DNA from: an uncultured Alphaproteobacteria bacterium
Lineage (GTDB): Bacteria > Pseudomonadota > Alphaproteobacteria > Rs-D84
DNA: 32,000 bases
NCBI GenBank assembly: GCA_963931495.1
Contig: OZ007020.1
Span: 270,001 to 302,000, forward strand
Direction of reading: 5' to 3'
The notes beneath the pieces are model-generated. The model saw nothing but the letters and a program-made list of their open reading frames with translations. It searched no databases and had not been told where the DNA came from. Made by a program: the position numbers and the translations under genes. Below are positions 9,075 through 16,826 of the stretch, piece after piece; within the stretch, counting starts at the first letter, position 1, and the number at the start of each line of letters is the position of its first letter.

Positions 9075-9919
9075 ATTCCCTCTATAAAAATTTTGCGCAT
9101 CGTATACGTTAATCCACGCCAAAATATTTTAAGCGGATTTTTGGTCAGTAACCAATCCATATATTCATTGCCCAGTGTCTGGCGGGCGCCGGATATAATC
9201 GCATCACGTGCATTTTTGTCGCCACGATTTAATGCATATATCAATTGGCGCGCCAGGCATCCGTTATGACGCGTAAATGAACATTTTTTTATAAATGGCA
9301 TATTTTGTTGGGCCAATTTGCGCACGTGATTGTAAATTTTTCGCCCGTTTGTTATGTATATCGCGCCATATTTCATACTGTGCGCATCCATCATTCTGGT
9401 AAATCCGTGCTCATACAGGGAAATTACGGCACCTTTACCGGCCTGTTTTGTTATTGAACGCATGAATTTGTCATACCATGGTGATAAAAATACACTGGGG
9501 CGCATACCGATGAACCATGATTGTAAATGTGGTTTTTTCGGGTGGTTGTTATACGCCAATCCGAACGCATCAAATCCGCGTGATTCAATTTCTGTCAGTA
9601 CGGGTTCCAGTGGATACAATGGACCGTATACCGAATCGTTTACCATATATACAAATTCGTATTTTTTTGTCAGTTCATTATCGGCGGCATATATATATGC
9701 ACGCTTGTATGAACCAAAGTCATATTCACCGTGCCGTGTGGCGGCGCAATATATTGTATATGGACGCAACTTATCCAGTTCTGAATCAGGCAAATCGTTG
9801 TCCATTACCAGTATAACATCGCCACATTCGGACAGTTTTTGAGCCATATACACCAACGAATCGTCGGCGATATTTTTTGGGCTGTATCCCGCGACTAAAA
9901 ACAAACGTTTATGCATCAT
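9071..9919 (-). CDS. Polysaccharide/LPS biosynthesis protein, possibly RgpF (COG3754)-like glycosyltransferase
   Basis: The 282-aa ORF contains HGEYDFGSYK....Y.FVYMVNDSVYGP, reminiscent of rhamnan-synthesis-F-like proteins. The assignment is from memory only. Its 5' end overlaps the typA stop by 8-11 nt. Confidence 0.4.
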   Translation of the reverse strand: MMHKRLFLVAGYSPKNIADDSLVYMAQKLSECGDVILVMDNDLPDSELDKLRPYTIYCAATRHGEYDFGSYKRAYIYAADNELTKKYEFVYMVNDSVYGPLYPLEPVLTEIESRGFDAFGLAYNNHPKKPHLQSWFIGMRPSVFLSPWYDKFMRSITKQAGKGAVISLYEHGFTRMMDAHSMKYGAIYITNGRKIYNHVRKLAQQNMPFIKKCSFTRHNGCLARQLIYALNRGDKNARDAIISGARQTLGNEYMDWLLTKNPLKIFWRGLTYTMRKIFIEGI

Positions 9920-11741
9920 TATTCTTGCGTGTCTTTTTTCTGATATTACTATCTAATTCTTTTTTGCGCAAACGAATTGTTGCCGGGGTCACTTCAACCA
10001 GTTCGTCATCTTGGATATATGATAACGCTTCTTCCAGTGACATTTTACGTGGTGGTGCCAAGAATAATTTTTCGTCTGCTGTGACCGAACGAACATTTGT
10101 TAATTCTTTGCCACGCACCGGATTTACTTCTAAATCATTTTCTTTGCTGTGTTCGCCGATAATCATTCCAGAATAAACCTCTGTTTGCGGGCCGACGAAT
10201 AAAACACCACGTGGTTCCAAATTATGTAATGCGTATGTTGTGGTTAATCCGCTTTCCATTGATACTAATACACCCGGGCGATATTGTGATATGGGGCCAC
10301 GATATGGTTCGTACCCAGAAAACACACGATTCATTATACCAGTGCCCCGTGTGTCTGTGCGGAATTCAGACAGGTATCCGATTAATCCACGTGATGGTGC
10401 AGAAAAAACTATACGTGTTTTTCCGCCCCCAGATGATTTCATTTCTGTAATTGTGGCCTTGCGTTTTGTCATCTTTTCAATGACAACGCCAGAAAATTCG
10501 TCGTCTACGTCAATAACGACTTCTTCTATGGGTTCTAATTTTTCGCCGTTTTCGCCATCGTGCATAACAACACGTGGGCGTGAAACGCTTAGTTCAAAAC
10601 CTTCGCGGCGCATTGTTTCAATCAGTATCCCCAGTTGCAGTTCACCGCGTCCAGATACTTCAAACGATTCGTTATTTTCGCTTTGTGAAACACGCAGGGC
10701 AATGTTTGTTTCGGCTTCTTTGAACAGACGTTCGCCAATCATACGCGATGTTAATTTTTTGCCCGAACGACCGGCCAAGGGCGATGTGTTCACAAAAAAT
10801 GTCATGGTCAGGGTTGGCGGGTCAATCGGCATTGCAGGAATTGGTTCGGTAACGTCGGGTGCGCAAAGTGTGTCTGCCACGGTTGCCTTGGAAAAACCGG
10901 CAACAACAACAATGTCCCCCGCAGATGCAGATTCCAGTGATACTTTTTCAATTCCACGATGTTCAATGATTTTTGTTATCTTGGCGTTTTCAATGAATTC
11001 ACCATTCATATTAATTGCCTTGACTGTTTGACCAACACGAACAGTCCCAGATTCAATCTTGCCGGTTAAAATACGACCAACGTATGGATCAGCTTCTAGT
11101 GTTGTGGCCAACATAGAAAACGGTGCGTCAATTTGACAGCGGGTGCCGTTGCAATCAGGTGCTGGAACATGATCAATTATTAACTGAAACAGTGGTGTTA
11201 AATCTTTGTGTTCGTCATCCAGGTTGCGTATGGCCCATCCGTCGCGACCGCATGCGTACAGATATGGGAAATCCAGTTGCGAATCGGTTGCACCCAATTT
11301 ATCAAACAAATCAAATGTTTCGGTTAATACTTCGTCCGGGCGGGCATCACTGCGATCAATTTTATTTATACATACAATTGGACGCAGCCCCAGTTTCAGG
11401 GCCTTGGATAAAACGAATTTTGTTTGGGGCAGTGGACCTTCGGCGGCATCAACCAGCAGTACGACCCCGTCCACCATTGATAAAATTCGTTCAACTTCGC
11501 CACCGAAATCAGCGTGTCCCGGTGTGTCAACAATGTTTATTTTATAATCTTGCCAATTAATAGATGTTGGCTTTGCAGATATCGTAATCCCGCGTTCGCG
11601 TTCAATGTCACCACTGTCCATAACGCGTTCAGCGACCTTTTCATTTTCGCGAAATGTGCCGGCCTGTTTTAACATGTTATCCACCAGCGTTGTTTTGCCG
11701 TGGTCAACGTGCGCAATGATTGCAATATTGCGAATTTTCAT
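9909..11741 (-). CDS. typA: Translational GTPase TypA/BipA
   Basis: It has IRNIAIIAHVDHGKTTLVD (G1), DTPGHADFGGEVER (G3) and NKIDR (G4), EF-G-like domains, and a typical BipA C-terminal domain. I place the start at ATG 11741 (MKIRNIAII), with 11747 as an alternative. The track start at 11786 adds an unlikely 15 aa. Confidence 0.95.
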   Translation of the reverse strand: MKIRNIAIIAHVDHGKTTLVDNMLKQAGTFRENEKVAERVMDSGDIERERGITISAKPTSINWQDYKINIVDTPGHADFGGEVERILSMVDGVVLLVDAAEGPLPQTKFVLSKALKLGLRPIVCINKIDRSDARPDEVLTETFDLFDKLGATDSQLDFPYLYACGRDGWAIRNLDDEHKDLTPLFQLIIDHVPAPDCNGTRCQIDAPFSMLATTLEADPYVGRILTGKIESGTVRVGQTVKAINMNGEFIENAKITKIIEHRGIEKVSLESASAGDIVVVAGFSKATVADTLCAPDVTEPIPAMPIDPPTLTMTFFVNTSPLAGRSGKKLTSRMIGERLFKEAETNIALRVSQSENNESFEVSGRGELQLGILIETMRREGFELSVSRPRVVMHDGENGEKLEPIEEVVIDVDDEFSGVVIEKMTKRKATITEMKSSGGGKTRIVFSAPSRGLIGYLSEFRTDTRGTGIMNRVFSGYEPYRGPISQYRPGVLVSMESGLTTTYALHNLEPRGVLFVGPQTEVYSGMIIGEHSKENDLEVNPVRGKELTNVRSVTADEKLFLAPPRKMSLEEALSYIQDDELVEVTPATIRLRKKELDSNIRKKTRKNNDA

Positions 11742-11834
11742 AATCATATTATTATAACCCCATATACTTGAATTTTTCGTAACCAATAGATTATACTATA
11801 AATCTGGGTTTTCAACAAATATCTGTAAAAAAAC

Positions 11835-11864
11835 TTGACATTTTGATATTTTTGTCTATATTAT
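11835..11864 (+). promoter_or_regulatory. Near-consensus sigma70 promoter for the orphan gene 11900-12505
   Basis: TTGACA lies at 11835-11840, followed 16-18 nt later by TATATT/TATTAT (11857-11864). RBS CAGGAG lies at 11885-11890, 9 nt before ATG 11900. Confidence 0.6.
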
Positions 11865-11899
11865 ACAGGGCTAAATAAGATTATCAGGAGATAAACCAG

Positions 11900-12505
11900 A
11901 TGCAAAATAATGATGTAAATTTTATATCTGTTCCAAGTGTCTATGACGCGATAAAGAATGCTTTTCGGGCATTTAATGATATATTGGGGCGCGATATACG
12001 CAATAAGTGGAATAAAATGGATATGCGTGTACGTAACGATGCAATTGTTGCAATTTCTGTTATCGGCAGATTGGCACAAAATCCAGAAAAATATTTTTCG
12101 CGCGCAACAACCGAAGGCGCATGGCACGATCGCGCAAATAAATATGCAGATATCAATGGGATGAAAAACAAATCAGATGCTTTTCGTATGGTGCCGGGAC
12201 CAAAAGATGTGGTCTATGCAAAGGTCAAAGGCGCGTTTTTTGAAAATCCGGCCTTGGCAAGTGATTTTTATAAATTTTGTGACTATGTGCAAAAGTGGGA
12301 ATATAATCGCACCAATCCATGGAATTATAAATACCAGACATCGTATGAAATGATGATAAAAAGATATCAAGATTTTATCATCACTAAATCAGCAGATTTG
12401 GTTTGTGTGGCTGATGTTATAAACACAAATCATAAAAAGAATCCGATGGTTCTGGCATCAAATAAATTGGCCCAATTAATCAGAAGTGGGCGCCAACATC
12501 AATAA
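11900..12505 (+). CDS. Hypothetical protein, 201 aa, no recognisable family, no signal peptide or TM segment
   Basis: It is a monocistronic unit with its own promoter, a good RBS and its own terminator. The ORF is clean and its composition resembles neighbouring genes. I could match no motif. Confidence 0.6.
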   Translation: MQNNDVNFISVPSVYDAIKNAFRAFNDILGRDIRNKWNKMDMRVRNDAIVAISVIGRLAQNPEKYFSRATTEGAWHDRANKYADINGMKNKSDAFRMVPGPKDVVYAKVKGAFFENPALASDFYKFCDYVQKWEYNRTNPWNYKYQTSYEMMIKRYQDFIITKSADLVCVADVINTNHKKNPMVLASNKLAQLIRSGRQHQ

Positions 12506-12537
12506 AAATAATGCTGGCATTTTGCCAGCATTATTTT
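12505..12537. terminator. Perfect bidirectional rho-independent terminator between the orphan gene (+) and serS (-)
   Basis: AAAATAATGCTGGCA (12505-12519) pairs perfectly with TGCCAGCATTATTTT (12523-12537) around a 3-nt loop. The A-tract and T-tract make it functional in both directions. Confidence 0.85.
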
Positions 12538-12540
12538 TGT

Positions 12541-13821
12541 TTAATGTGTTCCACCAATTTTTGTGCGTCCGCCCATTAATGGTTGTAATTTTTTTGGAAT
12601 ATTTACACTGCCGTCGGCATTTTGGTGGTTTTCCAGTAACGGCACCAGTACGCGTGGCACCGCGATACCGGTGTTATTCAGTGTCGCGCAAAATTTTACT
12701 TCATTTGTACCGTTTTCACGGTAACGGGTATTTGTGCGACGGGCCTGGAATGTGCCAATGGACGAACAACTGCCCAGTTCTTTGTATGCGTTTTCTGATG
12801 GAACCCATGCCTCTACATCATTCATTTTTACCTTGTTAAATCCCATGTCGCCCGTAGAATTCGCAATTACCCGATATGGTAATTCCAAGTCTGCGATGAC
12901 TTCACACAAATTGTTTAATATGTGTTCATGCATATCGTCCGATTGTTCTGGGGTACAGAATACATATTGTTCAACCTTGTTAAATTGATGAAAACGCGCC
13001 AGACCACGGGTGTCACGCCCAGCGGCGCCCGCTTCTTTGCGGAAACACGGTGAAAAACCAGCGTATTTGATTGGCAGGGCGCTTTCCGGTAAAATTTCAC
13101 CGCTGTGCAGGGAATTTAATATGATTTCAGCCGTACCCGCCAGGCATCTGTCGGTGCCAGCCAGCATAAATACGTCATTATTCATGACCGACAGGTCGGA
13201 ACCCATAAAATGACCCGCATCAAAAATTGTCTGGGGCTTTGTAACAGATGGGCATTCAATAAAGATAAATCCCTTGGCAATCAATTTTTGGATAACATAT
13301 GTTTCAATCGCCAATTGTAATTCGGCCGCTTCGCCCACCAAACAATATGTACGCGTTCCGCAAATTTGTGCGATTTTTTCCGGCATCCACCATCCGTTCA
13401 TGTCCAGTAAATCCCACTGGGCCCGCGGGGTGAAATCAAATTCACGTGGGGTGCCGACACGCCGAATTTCTGTGTTTGCCGAATCGTCCGGACCAATCGG
13501 GGCCGATGCGTCGGGTATTTGTGGCACGCGGTGCATCAGGTCATTTAATTTTTCTTCTTTGTCGGACAATTCCGCCAAATCAGCCGCAATTTCGTCGCCG
13601 ATTTGTTTTGACTTTGCAATTAATGGTGCCTTGTCCGTGGCGGTTGGAATTTCGCGCGTGATTTTGTTTTTTTCCGCCGTCATTGTTTGTGTGACTGTTT
13701 TCAGTTCGCGGACGCGTGCGTCCAATGTCAATATTTCATCAACATGGTCATCAAATCCCTTTACACGGCATGCGTTTTTTACAATGTCTGGATTTTCACG
13801 TATGAATTTTATATCAAGCAT
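12541..13821 (-). CDS. serS: Seryl-tRNA synthetase
   Basis: The 426-aa ORF starts MLDIKFIRENPD..V, followed by an N-terminal coiled-coil arm. It has class II motifs (FRKEAGAAGRDTRGLARFHQFNKVE; GTGIAVPRVLVPLLENHQNADGSV.IP). Confidence 0.95.
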   Translation of the reverse strand: MLDIKFIRENPDIVKNACRVKGFDDHVDEILTLDARVRELKTVTQTMTAEKNKITREIPTATDKAPLIAKSKQIGDEIAADLAELSDKEEKLNDLMHRVPQIPDASAPIGPDDSANTEIRRVGTPREFDFTPRAQWDLLDMNGWWMPEKIAQICGTRTYCLVGEAAELQLAIETYVIQKLIAKGFIFIECPSVTKPQTIFDAGHFMGSDLSVMNNDVFMLAGTDRCLAGTAEIILNSLHSGEILPESALPIKYAGFSPCFRKEAGAAGRDTRGLARFHQFNKVEQYVFCTPEQSDDMHEHILNNLCEVIADLELPYRVIANSTGDMGFNKVKMNDVEAWVPSENAYKELGSCSSIGTFQARRTNTRYRENGTNEVKFCATLNNTGIAVPRVLVPLLENHQNADGSVNIPKKLQPLMGGRTKIGGTH

Positions 13822-14025
13822 TTTTTATTCCTTGCATAAATTATTATGATTTTTGGCACGAATTGTACGTGCATGATTATATTTCTTGTAACTATATCAA
13901 ATACGCACCCCGAACGGGGATGACAATGTATCAAAAGATAAAAAAATCTTGGTCATAGTGTTGTTATGATACGTTATATATACGATCAAATCAACAAAAA
14001 TCAAAATATTGTATTTTATTGCGCA

Positions 14026-14033
14026 TGTATAAT
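14026..14033 (+). promoter_or_regulatory. Candidate extended -10 element (TGtATAAT) upstream of trxB
   Basis: TGTATAAT lies at 14026-14033, 46 nt upstream of ATG 14080. I see no convincing -35 box. Confidence 0.35.
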
Positions 14034-14079
14034 GATTATGTTATGCTGGGCTGCGAAATAATTAACAGGGAGTTTTATT

Positions 14080-14985
14080 ATGAACGATATCATTATGCAC
14101 GATGTTATAATACTGGGGTCTGGGCCGGCCGGATTGACGGCGGCGCTGTATTGTGCGCGTGGCGGAAAAAAAACATTGGTATTGGGCGGGGATCGCTTGG
14201 GTGGTCAGACGGCTGGTATCGCGGTGTTGGAAAATTATCCTGGATGGGCCGGCAGTGGATTGGAATTGTCGGAATTTATGAAAAAACAGGCCGAAACATT
14301 TGGCGCGGAAATTAAATTTGTGTCGGCCAAAGAAATTGCCGGTGATGCGGAAAGTGCATTTAATATTCTGGGGGATGATGGTAATCATTATGTTGGCAAA
14401 ACAGTCATAATCGCCACAGGTGCATCCCCGCGTAAATTGGAAATTGATGGCGCGCGTGAATTGTTTGGCAAAGGCGTGTCGTACTGTGCAACGTGTGATG
14501 GATTTTTCTATAACGAAAAAGATGTTGTTGTCATGGGCGGCGGAAATTCTGCGCTGAATGATGCGTTGTATCTGGCGGATATTGCACGCAATGTTAAAAT
14601 TGTTTATCGCAAGGCTGCATTTACCCGGGCCGAAGTTGTTTTACGTAACCGGGTATCAGAACGTGAAAACATTGAATGTTTATTTAACACAGACTTGAAA
14701 AAAATTGTTAAATCAGATGACGATCGTTTGGTTATTACAACCACGGATGATCAACAAATTGTTTGTGATGGTCTGTTTGTTGCCATTGGGCATGAAGCAA
14801 ATACAGATTATCTGTCCGAAGATATCAAGCGGGATAATATGGGGCGTCTGATACCATCAGAAATGCCCACGGGTATGTTTGTCGCTGGTGACGTTGAATC
14901 AGAAATAAAAATGCAAATTGCGACGGCGGTCGGAACAGGGTGCAGTGCGGCCATGGACGCCATTGCATACTTAAATCAATTATAA
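14080..14985 (+). CDS. trxB: Thioredoxin-disulfide reductase
   Basis: It has the FAD motif VIILGSGPAGLTAALY, the redox-active CATCDG, the NAD(P)H motif VVVMGGGNSALNDALYL and a C-terminal FVAGDV...Q..TA.G.G. RBS GGGAG lies upstream. Confidence 0.9.
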   Translation: MNDIIMHDVIILGSGPAGLTAALYCARGGKKTLVLGGDRLGGQTAGIAVLENYPGWAGSGLELSEFMKKQAETFGAEIKFVSAKEIAGDAESAFNILGDDGNHYVGKTVIIATGASPRKLEIDGARELFGKGVSYCATCDGFFYNEKDVVVMGGGNSALNDALYLADIARNVKIVYRKAAFTRAEVVLRNRVSERENIECLFNTDLKKIVKSDDDRLVITTTDDQQIVCDGLFVAIGHEANTDYLSEDIKRDNMGRLIPSEMPTGMFVAGDVESEIKMQIATAVGTGCSAAMDAIAYLNQL

Positions 14986-14989
14986 TTAT

Positions 14990-15301
14990 ACATCTGCGCG
15001 CGATTTAACTGCGGTCGTGTATCTGGTTGTACACTCCGCTGCGTTAAATCGTGCGTATCTGTACAATTCTAATTGATTTATAATTCGGTTTACACATCTG
15101 CGCGCGATTTAACTGCGGTCGTGTATCTGGTTGTACACTCCGCTGCGTTAAATCGTGCGTATCTGTGCAACTCTAATTGATTTATAATTTGGTTTACACA
15201 TCTGGGCGCGATTTAACTGCGGTCGTGTACCTGGTTGTACACTCCGTTGCGTTAAATCGTGCGTATCTGTACAATTCTGATTGATTTATAATTTGGTTGG
15301 A
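14990..15301. repeat. Three tandem direct copies of a 104-bp unit (14990-15093, 15094-15197, 15198-15301), each containing a roughly 63-nt imperfect hairpin
   Basis: I read this directly from the sequence. Copy 2 differs from copy 1 at 3 positions, and copy 3 at about 6-8, mostly at its distal end. The arms TGCGCGCGATTTAAC and GTTAAATCGTGCGTA pair over 15 bp, with inner GCGG/CCGC and GTGTA/TACAC stems. Confidence 0.95.
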
Positions 15302-15313
15302 CTTGTATGTTTT

Positions 15314-15817
15314 TTATTTTTTTCCAAAATATTTTTTTAATACATCGTATGCCGCCGATACACGGGTAAATTCTGATGCCGCAGATTTTTTATCTGTGGC
15401 GATATCGGGGTGGTGTTGCTTTGCCAATGTGCGGTAACGTGCAGTAATTTCGCGCCATGAACTGCTGATTGGCAGGTTAAATACTTTCAATGCAGATACA
15501 ACATTACGTGGCATGGTGCTGCGTGTTGGAATGCGATCAAATTTACTGCGCCCAGATATAAAATCATTCAGAAAATTTACATAGTCTTTTGCGTCTTGGT
15601 TGGCGGTGGCGTTGTCTTTCAGTGGTGCGCCAAATACCTGGCGTTCCCAATCGGCTTCTATTTCTTCGGGGGTCATGCCAGCATAGTAGTTCCAGTTTTT
15701 GTTATATTCGGCGGCATGTTCACGGCAAAACCACCAATATTCACGCAAATCGCGCGTTTTGGGTGCGCGACATGTACCTGCCTTGGTACAACCTGGATGG
15801 TCACACTTTTTTATCAT
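15314..15817 (-). CDS. J-domain-containing protein (C-terminal DnaJ domain, N-terminal Cys-rich region)
   Basis: The C-terminus is ARYRTLAKQHHPDIATDKKSAASEFTRVSAAYDVLKK, a J domain with the HPD tripeptide. The N-terminus is CDHPGC....C...(n)...FCREH. The start lies 2 nt after the xerD stop. Confidence 0.75.
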   Translation of the reverse strand: MIKKCDHPGCTKAGTCRAPKTRDLREYWWFCREHAAEYNKNWNYYAGMTPEEIEADWERQVFGAPLKDNATANQDAKDYVNFLNDFISGRSKFDRIPTRSTMPRNVVSALKVFNLPISSSWREITARYRTLAKQHHPDIATDKKSAASEFTRVSAAYDVLKKYFGKK

Positions 15818-15819
15818 TA

Positions 15820-16680
15820 TTATATATCCTTGATTTTGCCCAGTGGGTGATGTTGTTCAACGGCGTCTTTTAATTTATCGGGTAAAACATGAGTATATAT
15901 TTGTGTCGTTGATATATCTTCATGTCCCAACATTGTTTGTATTGCACGCAGGTTTGCGCCGCCCGCCAATAAATGTGATGCAAACGAATGACGCAGTACA
16001 TGTGGACTGACACGATTGGGGTCCAGTCCAGATAAGACAGCACATTTTTTTAGTATCTTGAAAAATCCGTCGCGTGTTATGTGGCCGCTTTTACCGTTTG
16101 ATGGGAATATGTATTTTGATTTTATATCACCGCGCACTTTTAACCATTTATGTAATGCGTTTTGGGCCCGTTCGTGCATTGGAACGATGCGTTCTTTGGC
16201 ACCTTTGCCGTGTATTAGTAATTTATCCCCCAGGTTGGCAGTCATTGGCAGTTCGCATAATTCAGACACGCGTAATCCAGATGCGTAGACTAATTCCAGC
16301 ATTGCGCGCAGGCGTGCCGAATTATGTGTATCACCCGCCGATGATATTAATAATTCTATTTCAGTCGGTGTTAACAGTTTGGGCAGGGTACGTGTGCGTT
16401 TGGGTAATTCAATATTTGCCGCCGGATTTTTTGTTATGATTTTTTCCAGCATTAAAAATTTATAGAATCCGCGCAGTGCACTGGCCTTGCGGGCAATGGA
16501 TGATGCGCATTCGTCTAAATTTGACAAATACGATTGTATATCTGATTCCGTGGCATTCATTAATCCGCCCGGCAACGCGTCGTTTGCCAGACGCAAATCG
16601 CTGGAATAACTTTCCAATGTTTTCTTGCTGCGCCCGCGTTCTGCGGATAATGCTTCTAAAAAAATCTCTATATAATTCAT
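15820..16680 (-). CDS. xerD: Site-specific tyrosine recombinase XerD
   Basis: It aligns by eye with E. coli XerD end to end. IEIFLEALSAERGRSKKTLESYSSDL corresponds to IEQFLDALWLEKNLAENTLNAYRRDL. It also has ASGLRVSEL, GKGAKERIVP, HVLRHSFASHLL, LGHEDISTTQIYTHV and the C-terminal QHHP. The start is set at MNYIEIF (16680) rather than the track start at 16764. Confidence 0.8.
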   Translation of the reverse strand: MNYIEIFLEALSAERGRSKKTLESYSSDLRLANDALPGGLMNATESDIQSYLSNLDECASSIARKASALRGFYKFLMLEKIITKNPAANIELPKRTRTLPKLLTPTEIELLISSAGDTHNSARLRAMLELVYASGLRVSELCELPMTANLGDKLLIHGKGAKERIVPMHERAQNALHKWLKVRGDIKSKYIFPSNGKSGHITRDGFFKILKKCAVLSGLDPNRVSPHVLRHSFASHLLAGGANLRAIQTMLGHEDISTTQIYTHVLPDKLKDAVEQHHPLGKIKDI

Positions 16681-16826
16681 GGATATAAAACGATTTCGGT
16701 AACATGCTGGGTCGCGGGAAATGATACAATCATTAATATCACCAGAACTGCAACCAACGTCCATATTATAATTTTATTTCGCTTTGTGTTCTTTTTACGT
16801 AATGGCATTTTTGTTTGTCCTTTTTA

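Noticed and set aside
8399-9112. 237-aa plus-strand ORF opposite the GT2-like gene
   Set aside because: It is Cys-, His- and Arg-rich with no motifs. It overlaps the minus-strand ORF completely, and that ORF has a GT-like DxDEF motif and an ATGA-coupled start.
13822-14079. Possible regulatory RNA (such as a T-box or sRNA) in the 258-bp serS/trxB divergent spacer
   Set aside because: Only short hairpins are visible (CCCC-GAAC-GGGG at about 13907-13918, and AAGAT-A7-ATCTT). There is no T-box specifier or antiterminator architecture, and T-box control of serS is not expected in proteobacteria. The region is most simply two divergent AT-rich promoters.
14966-14996. Similarity between the trxB 3' end (CTTAAATCAATTATAATTATA) and the tail of the repeat unit (CTAATTGATTTATAATTCGG), which would suggest the repeat arose by duplication of the gene end
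   Set aside because: The match is short, AT-rich and gapped, so it is indistinguishable from chance by eye. I noted it only as context for the repeat finding.
15044-15097. 17-codon minus-strand ORF (MCKPNYKSIRIVQIRTI) recurring in the repeat units
   Set aside because: No Shine-Dalgarno sequence lies upstream. The two substitutions that fall in it between copies 1 and 2 are both nonsynonymous (I to V and V to A). It is too short for any statistical support.
14990-15301. CRISPR array hypothesis for the 104-bp repeats
   Set aside because: The copies are directly abutting with no unique spacers. The unit length of 104 bp is far outside CRISPR repeat size, and no cas genes are present in the window.
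14990-15301. dif (XerCD) site hypothesis, prompted by GTTAAAT/ATTTAAC motifs in each unit and xerD lying nearby
   Set aside because: Only the 7-mer matches the XerD arm of dif (TTATGTTAAAT). The two copies of the motif are inverted and about 35 bp apart rather than flanking a 6-bp spacer, and there is no GCGCATAA-like XerC arm. I found no full dif-like 28-mer elsewhere in the window either.
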